Positions 1 through 8,352 of a DNA stretch of 64,000 nucleotides are shown here, one piece after another. Numbering within the stretch: the first letter of the stretch is position 1; each line of letters opens with the position of its first letter. Position numbers and translations under genes: made by a program. The DNA is from Nitrospinota bacterium. GTDB lineage: Bacteria; UBA8248. Below the pieces are notes generated by a model. That model saw nothing but the letters and a program-made list of their open reading frames with translations. It had not been told where the DNA came from and did no database searches. The stretch spans positions 128,001 to 192,000 of the forward strand of contig JAZAHK010000003.1 in assembly GCA_036231405.1 (NCBI GenBank). Direction: 5' to 3'.

Positions 1-56
1 CGACTAGGTGCAAAACTTCCATCGACGAGCAGTTTGTCGATCCTCTCTTTTTTCAC
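1..56 (-). CDS. tlyA: TlyA-family rRNA methyltransferase, N-terminal fragment (runs off window)
   Basis: Manual translation from GTG at 56..54, overlapping the dxs TGA (GTGA): MKKERIDKLLVDGSFAPS, a typical TlyA S4-like start. dxs-tlyA is a conserved gene order. Confidence 0.75.
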   Translation of the reverse strand, partial: MKKERIDKLLVDGSFAPS

Positions 57-1966
57 GGAAGAACGCTGCGTATATGATCATTAATATCTATCAGATCACG
101 AGCAGCCTGAGTAATGTCGCCTGTGGTTAGTCCGCAATCCTCTCTCTGGAGGGATGGATTACCATGAGGAATGAAACGATCGGGAATACCTAGTATAGAA
201 ACTGGAATATAGCTCATCTTATTTTCAGAAAGAATTTCTAGAACACCTGAACCCATACCACCTATTTTTGTGCCTTCTTCTATTGTTACTATTCTCTTAC
301 ACAATTTAGCCAGCTCAATTATTTTCTTCTTGTCCATAGGTTTTACGAATCTAAGATTTAGGACAGAAGCTTGTATCCCTATCTCTTCCAGTTGAGAGGA
401 AGCCTCAACCGCGAGAGGAACCATTGGTCCTAGAGCAATTAATAAAACATCCCTTCCTTCCCTAAGTAATTCAGCCTTCCCAATTGGAAGACTCTTTATT
501 TCATCTTGTACTTTTACGCCAGTCCCAGAACCTCTACAAAAACGAAGTGCAGCTGGACCTGGGTATTCTATGGATGTAAGAAGCATGCTTTGTAATTCGT
601 TCTCATCTTTTGGAGACATGACGACTGTATTGGGAAGACACCTTAAATAGGCTATATCAAAGGCACCGTGGTGAGTTGGGCCGTCTTCTCCGACTAACCC
701 TGCACGGTCTATTGCAAATGTTACAGGAACATTCGTAAGACAAATATCATGGACAATCTGGTCGTATGCCCTTTGCAAAAAGGTGCTATAAATAGCGACG
801 ACCGGCTTCATCTTCTCTAAAGAAAGACCCGCGGCAAATGTCACTCCATGTTGTTCACACATCCCAACATCAAAACATCTATCAGGAAAAAGACTCTGAT
901 ACTCCACCAGTGCAGTTCCTTCCAACATAGCGGCAGTTACAGCTACTATTTTAGGATCCTTCTTACTTAATTTGATCATTGTATCAGCAAAAACCTTAGA
1001 ATAACTTGGAGGACCAGGTTTCTTTTTTAAGAATTTCCCAGTATCTGGGTCAAATTTTGTAACACCATGGTACGTAATTGGTTCGGCCTCGCTATAAGGA
1101 TAGCCATGACCTTTTTTAGTAACAACATGAACTAAATTTGGGCCTTGTAATTTTCGAACATTTCGTAACGCAGGAATTAATAAGTCCAATCTATGTCCAT
1201 CTATAGGACCTATATAACGAAAACCTAGTTCTTCAAATAAGATCCCAGGAACAAATAAATTTTTCATAGAATCTTCAAATCTTGTCATAAAGTTGGCTGC
1301 AGATTCACCAAAAACAGGGAAATGAGAAACAATTTTTTGTATTTCATTCCTAAACTTCCTTGCACGATTTGCCCATTCTCCGGTCATAATTCTTGCAAGA
1401 TAAGAACACATTGCACCGACATTTTTTGAAATACCCATCTTATTATCATTTAATATGACCGTTAGATCCCTCTTAGAATCACCAGCATTATTTAATGCCT
1501 CCATTGACATGCCAGATGTAAGACTTCCGTCACCGATAATGGCTACAACACTAAAATCTTCTCCTCTCAAATCTCTTGCAGTAGCCATTCCTGATGCAGC
1601 AGAAATTGAAGTCCCTCCATGTGCAACATTCATATGATCGTATGGACTCTCTAACCGATCAGGGAAACCTGCAATTCCTCCCCACTGCCTAAGAGTATCA
1701 AACTCAGCTTTTCTCCCAGTCAAAATTTTATGTGCGTAAGTCTGATGACCAACATCCCAAATAAGTTTATCGTTAGGAGTTTCGAAAACGTAATGCAGTG
1801 CAACTACCAATTCTGTAGCACCTAATGAAGCTCCAAGATGTCCACCAGTTTTAGAAGTAACACGAACAATAAACTCCCTTAATTCTTCTACTACAGAATC
1901 GAGTTCATTTTCCGATAATTTTCTAAGGTCACTAGGAGAATCTATTTTTTCAAGTTTTATCACCAT
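53..1966 (-). CDS. dxs: 1-deoxy-D-xylulose-5-phosphate synthase
   Basis: GGHLGASLG, WDVGHQ, GDGSLTSG..EALNN and DRAGLVGEDGPTHHG motifs. Confidence 0.98.
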   Translation of the reverse strand: MVIKLEKIDSPSDLRKLSENELDSVVEELREFIVRVTSKTGGHLGASLGATELVVALHYVFETPNDKLIWDVGHQTYAHKILTGRKAEFDTLRQWGGIAGFPDRLESPYDHMNVAHGGTSISAASGMATARDLRGEDFSVVAIIGDGSLTSGMSMEALNNAGDSKRDLTVILNDNKMGISKNVGAMCSYLARIMTGEWANRARKFRNEIQKIVSHFPVFGESAANFMTRFEDSMKNLFVPGILFEELGFRYIGPIDGHRLDLLIPALRNVRKLQGPNLVHVVTKKGHGYPYSEAEPITYHGVTKFDPDTGKFLKKKPGPPSYSKVFADTMIKLSKKDPKIVAVTAAMLEGTALVEYQSLFPDRCFDVGMCEQHGVTFAAGLSLEKMKPVVAIYSTFLQRAYDQIVHDICLTNVPVTFAIDRAGLVGEDGPTHHGAFDIAYLRCLPNTVVMSPKDENELQSMLLTSIEYPGPAALRFCRGSGTGVKVQDEIKSLPIGKAELLREGRDVLLIALGPMVPLAVEASSQLEEIGIQASVLNLRFVKPMDKKKIIELAKLCKRIVTIEEGTKIGGMGSGVLEILSENKMSYIPVSILGIPDRFIPHGNPSLQREDCGLTTGDITQAARDLIDINDHIRSVLP

Positions 1967-2041
1967 AAATAAGTCCTAACGTGATTGCTTCCTTACAAAA
2001 AATAGAACAAAAAGAATTTGCAGAGAAATAAAAATTAAAAA

Positions 2042-2971
2042 CTAGAGACTACGGCAAACCATAAATTTTGCAAGGGACTTCAAAGTTTCAGCATCTTTTC
2101 CAAAGATTTTCAAAAAATCTAGAGATTCTTCTAAAGTAGAATTAGCCATATCCCTTGATTTTTCAATCCCGTAATGAGACAAATAAGTAGTTTTTCCAGA
2201 AGCAAGGTCAGAACCAACTGTTTTCCCTAATAAATTTTCATCTCCATCATAATCAAGAATATCGTCAACAATTTGAAATGCTAGACCTATATGCCTTCCA
2301 AAATTGCTAAGTGCTTCTAATTGCTCACCATTAGCACCACCTAAAATCCCACCTATGCAGACAGATGCGCGGATCAATTCAGAAGTCTTAAGCAAATGCA
2401 TCTGCCTTAAAAATTCAGGATTCATTTTGATAGAATTTGACTTGATATCTAAATATTGACCGCCGACCATTCCTGATGGACCTGCAGCAGAAGATAAAAG
2501 TAAAATAGAATCTATCAATCTCTCCATCTCAAATTTTTCTTTCATGGCATTAGAAGACATAAGTTCAAACGCTTTAGTCAAAAGTCCATCTCCAGAAAGA
2601 ATAGCAGAAGCCTCCCCAAAGGCTTTATGGCTAGTAGGCTTTCCTCTTCTCAAATCATCATCATCCATTGCAGGCAAATCGTCATGTATCAACGAATAAG
2701 AATGAACGCATTCTATTGCGCAAGCAGCAGTTAATAGAACCTCTGTATCTCCTTGTACTGCCTCACATCCTGCTATACACAAAATCGGCCTAATTCTTTT
2801 GCCTCCATTTAAGAGGCTATACGCCATTATTTCATATAGTTCAGACGGCTCAGACCCTTCCTCAGAAAATAAAAGATTCAGTTTGTCGTTAACTCGTCTA
2901 CTCCATTTACTCATATAATCTAAAACATCGAATGATGACGACAACCTATTCTCCCTCACTTTTTTCATCAA
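2042..2971 (-). CDS. ispA: Farnesyl diphosphate synthase (geranyltranstransferase)
   Basis: GGKRIRP, HDDLPAMDDDDLRRGKPT, FQIVDDILD; located between xseB and dxs. Exact start uncertain. Confidence 0.93.
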   Translation of the reverse strand: MMKKVRENRLSSSFDVLDYMSKWSRRVNDKLNLLFSEEGSEPSELYEIMAYSLLNGGKRIRPILCIAGCEAVQGDTEVLLTAACAIECVHSYSLIHDDLPAMDDDDLRRGKPTSHKAFGEASAILSGDGLLTKAFELMSSNAMKEKFEMERLIDSILLLSSAAGPSGMVGGQYLDIKSNSIKMNPEFLRQMHLLKTSELIRASVCIGGILGGANGEQLEALSNFGRHIGLAFQIVDDILDYDGDENLLGKTVGSDLASGKTTYLSHYGIEKSRDMANSTLEESLDFLKIFGKDAETLKSLAKFMVCRSL

Positions 2972-3215
2972 AAGGTTTTATGGAAAATGTCCCATCATCA
3001 TCTATTGTTAGTTCTTCAATTTTTTTCTGAGCAAAATTCAACTGCTCTTGTGTAAATCTAAACAATTTCACACCTTCTTCATACAAAGAAATTGCATCTT
3101 CTAGAGTAAGTTCTCCATCTTCTAGAACTTCGACAATTTCCTCCAAACGGGCAGACGCCTCTTCAAAACTTTTTGGTGAACTCGAAGACGTTTTCCTCTT
3201 TTTAGAAGGACTCAT
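2946..3215 (-). CDS. xseB: Exodeoxyribonuclease VII small subunit
   Basis: SFEEA..RLEEIV..LEDGELTLEDAISLYEEG; coupled to xseA by an ATGA overlap. Confidence 0.95.
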   Translation of the reverse strand: MSPSKKRKTSSSSPKSFEEASARLEEIVEVLEDGELTLEDAISLYEEGVKLFRFTQEQLNFAQKKIEELTIDDDGTFSIKPFDEKSEGE

Positions 3216-4609
3216 TTTATTTCTCCTTTTGGGTTTATTTTTTCAACCGTACAATCCAATTCTCCGTCTGACAATTTAACTCGAATCAATTCTTGACTTT
3301 TTGCTTCCCGAACACTTCGAATTAGTGAATTATCCGACTTTCGATACGTTAAACTGTATCCTCTCCCTAAAATTGAAACCGGGGAAGCAGATTCAAGTCT
3401 AACCATCAGATTTTCATACTCTACATTTTTTAATTGAAACACTTTGTTAATACTGATATGAATTCTCCTAAAACATTCTTCAATTTTTTTGACTTTACTT
3501 GAGTGAAGGCTCAAAGGAGAGACAAACTTAAGTCGAGGGAAAATGGATATAACTTGGTTTTTGTATCTCGATAAAACATAACGTATTTCTCTAAGAAAAT
3601 TTGCATAAAGTGAATCGGTTTTTTGCTCTAGTTCTTCGATAAATAAGGAAGGCTCTTCTAAAATTCTCATCCTCTTTAGAAAAGCTAATCGGTCATTTCT
3701 CTCTTTAAAAATTAGTTTAATAAATCGTTCCATTTCAGAAGGGAATCTAATAAAACGTTCTAAAAAAACATCCCAATCCATACATACTTTTTCGGCCGCT
3801 GCAGTAGGAGTTGAAGAAAAATCATCTGATACTAAATCGGAAAAGGAATTATCTATTTCATGTCCAATTGCAGTTAATATTGGAGTCTTACAATTAGAAA
3901 TTGCACGAACAACAATCTCATCATTAAATGCACTCAAATCTTCATTACTACCTCCGCCTCTTGAAAGGATTATCAAATCAGCAGGAGTACCAATTCTATT
4001 TGCTTCTTCGTCAGCAGCTAAGAGAGCTTTTTCGATTGATTTTGGAGCGAACTCTCCCTGCACAAGAGTATGAATGAGTATTAATTGCACAAATGGAATA
4101 CGATTCGATAAAATTGGTAGCATGTCACGTAAAGCCGCACCTTCACGACTTGTAACTAAAATAATTTTTCTAGGCCTTGTGGGAATTTCTTTTTTCTTTT
4201 CTTTAGAAAACAATCCTTCTAATTCTAGTTTTTCTCTCAATTGTCTAAATCTAACCTCTAGCACTCCCTCTCCTAGAGGTTCAAGAGAGAAAATAGATAT
4301 TTGGAATCTTCCTTCACGTTCAAAAAGGGTAACGCTACATTTAACTAACACTCTCATGCCAACTTCGGGAGTAAAATTAAGATTCTTCCTTCTGCCTGAA
4401 AACATGACAGCATTTATTTTTGAATTAGAATCCTTTAAAACAAGATAGGCGTGGTTCGATGGATAAACTTTCCAACTTGAAATCTCTCCCTCCACCAGAA
4501 TATTATTGAATGCTTGTTCTAAATGAGTTCGAACTTTAGAATTTAATTGAGAGACTGTATAGATTTGATCTGCAGGGGTTTTCGAGGACCCTAATAAATC
4601 AATATTCAA
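3212..4609 (-). CDS. xseA: Exodeoxyribonuclease VII large subunit
   Basis: TVSQLN, VEGEIS, RGGGSNEDL..FNDE, IGHEID, STPTAAAE, ILGRGY. Confidence 0.96.
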   Translation of the reverse strand: MNIDLLGSSKTPADQIYTVSQLNSKVRTHLEQAFNNILVEGEISSWKVYPSNHAYLVLKDSNSKINAVMFSGRRKNLNFTPEVGMRVLVKCSVTLFEREGRFQISIFSLEPLGEGVLEVRFRQLREKLELEGLFSKEKKKEIPTRPRKIILVTSREGAALRDMLPILSNRIPFVQLILIHTLVQGEFAPKSIEKALLAADEEANRIGTPADLIILSRGGGSNEDLSAFNDEIVVRAISNCKTPILTAIGHEIDNSFSDLVSDDFSSTPTAAAEKVCMDWDVFLERFIRFPSEMERFIKLIFKERNDRLAFLKRMRILEEPSLFIEELEQKTDSLYANFLREIRYVLSRYKNQVISIFPRLKFVSPLSLHSSKVKKIEECFRRIHISINKVFQLKNVEYENLMVRLESASPVSILGRGYSLTYRKSDNSLIRSVREAKSQELIRVKLSDGELDCTVEKINPKGEIK

Positions 4610-4621
4610 TAAATTATTCCT

Positions 4622-5491
4622 TTAGGTCAATGAAACATGATCTTCAAATGAATTTACTGTATTGACCATTAACATTGAAATTGTCATAGGACCAACTCCT
4701 CCTGGCACTGGCGTGATTGCTGAAACCTTACCTATCAGTGAAGAAAAATCACAGTCTCCTACCAATTTATCATCTAAACGGTTTGTTCCAACGTCAACAA
4801 CAATAGCACCCTCCTTGACCATCTGTGCATTCACAAAATTTGCTCTTCCCACTGCGGCAATCAAAATATCTGCACTTCTTGTCACCTCCGCAATATTTTC
4901 AGTTCTAGAATGGCAAATAGTTACAGTAGCATTCTCGTGCAACAAAAGAATCGACAAGGGAAGACCAACTATTTTGCTTCTCCCAATTATAACAACTCTT
5001 TTTCCTTCGATTGCAAAATTATAAAATTTCAATATTTCCAGAACGCCAGCAGGGGTACAAGATTTAGGTCCTGGTTGTTTTAAGGATAATTTTCCAAAGT
5101 TTTCCGTGTGAAAAACATCAACATCTTTTCGTGGATCAACTTTTTTCAGTATTTCTGTCTCATCTAAAGTTGAAGGTAGAGGAAGTTGCACAAGAATGCC
5201 GTCAATCCTCGAATCTTTATTTAGTTCTTCTATTAAATTAGATATTTCTAAAAAAGAAACCTCCGATGGTAATCGATAATCGTGTGTTTCTATCCCAATT
5301 TTATCAGCCATCTTGCCTTTTAGGCGAACATAAACTTGAGAGGCAGGATCTTCTCCAACCAAAATTACAGCTAACCCTGGAGATCTTCCTGTTAAACTTT
5401 TCAGTTCTTCAATTCTAGAAATAAGGCCTTCCATTATTTTATCGGATACCGGTTTGCCTTTCATTATTAACGTATCTATCTTTTTATTCAT
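4622..5491 (-). CDS. folD: Bifunctional methylene-THF dehydrogenase/cyclohydrolase
   Basis: DGILVQLPLP, KDVD, GRSKIVGLP, ITPVPGGVGPMT. Confidence 0.97.
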   Translation of the reverse strand: MNKKIDTLIMKGKPVSDKIMEGLISRIEELKSLTGRSPGLAVILVGEDPASQVYVRLKGKMADKIGIETHDYRLPSEVSFLEISNLIEELNKDSRIDGILVQLPLPSTLDETEILKKVDPRKDVDVFHTENFGKLSLKQPGPKSCTPAGVLEILKFYNFAIEGKRVVIIGRSKIVGLPLSILLLHENATVTICHSRTENIAEVTRSADILIAAVGRANFVNAQMVKEGAIVVDVGTNRLDDKLVGDCDFSSLIGKVSAITPVPGGVGPMTISMLMVNTVNSFEDHVSLT

Positions 5492-5645
5492 TTTTTGTTA
5501 ACACCTTTAAAGAATTTATGCCTCTTATATTCTTCGTAATTTTGTTATACTACATTCGTAGGGGAAAAAAATAAATTACATTATCAATTCAAACACCTTG
5601 TTCTAAAGTCAAAATTAGATATGTGTTCTGAAATGTGAGAAAATA

Positions 5646-6314
5646 ATGAAGAGTTTTATACAATCAATTCAATCTGATTTAAATGCAGCTTTGGACAGAG
5701 ACCCTGCAGCTAATAGTAAAATAGAGATTATTCTCTGCTATCCTGGATTTCATGCGATTTTTATACATCGGATATCTCATTTCATTTTCAAAAAAGGGTT
5801 TAAACTAATTGCACGTTTCTTAAGTCACATCAGTCGTCTTATTACAGGAATAGAAATTCATCCTGGTGCAGAAATAGACACCGGTTTTTTTATAGACCAT
5901 GGGATGGGGGTTGTAATTGGTGAAACCTCTATTATAGGGGAAAATTGTACGATATACCACGGGGTAACACTTGGGGGAGTAAGTTTAAAAAAAGAGAAAA
6001 GGCATCCGACACTCGAAGACAATGTTTTAGTAGGTGTAGGAGCCCGTATTCTCGGTCCCCATAAAATAGGAAAAGGAAGTAGAATCGGAGCAGGATCTGT
6101 AGTTATTTCTGATGTTCCGCCTGATTGCACAGTCGTGGGGGTTCCTGCACGAATCGTTTCTGAATCGCATGAAGGTTCCAAAGAAGAACAACCAGAAATT
6201 TCATTTGACCACGATGAACTTCCTGATCCAATAGAAAACTCAATTCTAATTTTGGACAAAAAAATTCAAGAACTTGAGGAGAAAATGAAAGATGGGAGAA
6301 CTCCTGGTCAATGA
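5646..6314 (+). CDS. cysE: Serine O-acetyltransferase
   Basis: RDPAA, TGIEIHPGA, FIDHGMGVVIGET, KRHPT, hexapeptide repeats. Confidence 0.96.
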   Translation: MKSFIQSIQSDLNAALDRDPAANSKIEIILCYPGFHAIFIHRISHFIFKKGFKLIARFLSHISRLITGIEIHPGAEIDTGFFIDHGMGVVIGETSIIGENCTIYHGVTLGGVSLKKEKRHPTLEDNVLVGVGARILGPHKIGKGSRIGAGSVVISDVPPDCTVVGVPARIVSESHEGSKEEQPEISFDHDELPDPIENSILILDKKIQELEEKMKDGRTPGQ

Positions 6315-7474
6315 AAAGAATCTATTTAGACCACAACTCTACAACACCTGTCCGGCCCGAAGTTTTAAAAATTGCAGAACCTTTCACTAAAAATCTTTAT
6401 GGAAATCCAAGTAGCGTTCATTCATTCGGACGTGAAGCTAGAGAAGCGATAGATATTGCGCGTGTTCATATAGCATCAAGTATCAATGCTTCTGACTCTA
6501 CTGAAATTTTCTTTACTTCTGGAGGAACTGAAAGCGATAATCTTGCGATAAGAGGGATTCTTAACAATGAAGATATAGATGCTCATATTATTACGACTCA
6601 AATTGAACATAATGCAGTTTTAGATACATGTGATGCGCTCACAAAAGAAAAATCAATTAGAGTGACATATGTAAAACCAGATAAAAATGGATTAATCTCC
6701 TCAAAAGCAATAAAAGATGCCATAAAAGATAACACAAAATTAATATCAGTGATCTTAGGGAATAATGAGATAGGTACGGTTCAATCAATTTCTGCAATTT
6801 CTTCTTTTTGCAAAGAAATAGGAATATTATTTCATACTGATGCTGTCCAGGCGCTTGGTAAAATTAAAATTGATGTCCAAAAAGACAACATCGATTTACT
6901 ATCCGGAAGTGGACACAAAATTAACGCACCTAAAGGAATTGGATTTCTATACGCAAGAAAGAATACTCCTCTTAATGCCATTCTAACTGGAGGAGGACAA
7001 GAACAGAATATAAGATCTGGCACTGAAAATGTTCCTGGCATAGTTGCACTAGGGGAAGCATGTAGAATTTTGAATACAGAAGGGAAAGAACTCTGGGACA
7101 ATGTCCTAAAGTTAAGGAATCGTCTAGAAAGTGAAGTTTGTCAAAAAATTCCCGACGTCCAAATAATAGGAGATAAAGAACATCGCCTACCAGGGACATC
7201 AAATATCGGATTCTCAAACGCTGAGGGAGAAACTTTATTGATTAGATTAGACCTTGAGGGAATTGCAGTAAGTACTGGTTCAGCTTGTAGTTCTGGGTCA
7301 ACCGAACCAAGCCATGTCCTTCTTTCCATGGATCTGCCGCAAAATCTTGTTCGTGGTTCACTTCGTTTTAGTCTCGGCTGGGGAAGCACTGATGAAGATA
7401 TAGACTATCTAATGAACAAATTACCTGATGCAGTCGAAAAAGTAAGAAAGATTTCACCAAATAATGGACCCTAG
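6311..7474 (+). CDS. nifS: Cysteine desulfurase (NifS/IscS type)
   Basis: YLDHNSTT, FTSGGTESDN, HTDAVQA, SGHK (PLP Lys), STGSACSS (catalytic Cys). Confidence 0.93.
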   Translation: MKRIYLDHNSTTPVRPEVLKIAEPFTKNLYGNPSSVHSFGREAREAIDIARVHIASSINASDSTEIFFTSGGTESDNLAIRGILNNEDIDAHIITTQIEHNAVLDTCDALTKEKSIRVTYVKPDKNGLISSKAIKDAIKDNTKLISVILGNNEIGTVQSISAISSFCKEIGILFHTDAVQALGKIKIDVQKDNIDLLSGSGHKINAPKGIGFLYARKNTPLNAILTGGGQEQNIRSGTENVPGIVALGEACRILNTEGKELWDNVLKLRNRLESEVCQKIPDVQIIGDKEHRLPGTSNIGFSNAEGETLLIRLDLEGIAVSTGSACSSGSTEPSHVLLSMDLPQNLVRGSLRFSLGWGSTDEDIDYLMNKLPDAVEKVRKISPNNGP

Positions 7475-7491
7475 ACTTCAAAGGTATAAAA

Positions 7492-7872
7492 ATGAATAAT
7501 GGAAACTATCACTATAATTCGACTGTACTCTCACACATTGCCTCTCCTCAAAATGTAGGCGTTATAGAGGATGCTGATTTTATAGGAAAAGGTACAAATC
7601 CTTCTTGTGGCGATGAGGTCGAACTCTATATCAAAACAGAAGGAGAAGTGATTGTCGATGCAAAGATTAAAATCCTCGGATGTGGCGCAATAACTGCTTC
7701 AATGAGTTTATTGACTAACTTGCTTATGGGCGAATCAATCTATAATGCAAGAAAAATATCTTCAGAAAATATTGAAGGGAGCCTAGGGGGTCTCCCTAAA
7801 CACAAGCGCCACTGTTCTAAATTAGCATACAGGGTTTTGCAAAACGCTCTTAACAAATCAAAAAAAGACTAA
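7492..7872 (+). CDS. iscU: Fe-S cluster scaffold, IscU/NifU N-terminal type
   Basis: NPSCGD, GCGA, HCS; three conserved Cys; follows nifS. Confidence 0.88.
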   Translation: MNNGNYHYNSTVLSHIASPQNVGVIEDADFIGKGTNPSCGDEVELYIKTEGEVIVDAKIKILGCGAITASMSLLTNLLMGESIYNARKISSENIEGSLGGLPKHKRHCSKLAYRVLQNALNKSKKD

Positions 7873-7873
7873 A

Positions 7874-8335
7874 ATGTCACAGAAAAACACTTTCGAAATT
7901 GAAATCACAAAAAAAAACAAGATAGAAGGTCTAGGAATATGCATTGCAGGGGAAACAACACCTGAAACAATAGGACTGTTAAGAGGACAATTTCTTAAGA
8001 GAACTGACCATTTGAGTATTTTAGACGGAGACTGTTATGGATTACTTTTTCCTAACAACGGCTACAAAGCTTTCTTCTCAAATAAGTATTTTGATTCTAG
8101 TATCGAAAGCTTCAGCAAAATAAAAATAACCGCGGATTTATACGCAATAGGAGTACATGAAGGAAGTTACGGTAATTTATCAGAATCACTCGAGAAAATT
8201 ATTATGGCTATTAAAAAAAAAGGACTTGAAAAAAAGAATCAACCAATAGTGCATCGTTTTATGAATGACCCCAGAAAAACCGTCTCCCGAGACCTAAGGA
8301 CCGAAATATGGATACCAACAATTGAGAAAACCTAA
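7874..8335 (+). CDS. GyrI-like small-molecule-binding domain protein
   Basis: YAIGVHEGSY..L and NDP...DLRTEIWIP C-terminal signature. Confidence 0.7.
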   Translation: MSQKNTFEIEITKKNKIEGLGICIAGETTPETIGLLRGQFLKRTDHLSILDGDCYGLLFPNNGYKAFFSNKYFDSSIESFSKIKITADLYAIGVHEGSYGNLSESLEKIIMAIKKKGLEKKNQPIVHRFMNDPRKTVSRDLRTEIWIPTIEKT

Positions 8336-8352
8336 GAATAAATAAGATATAG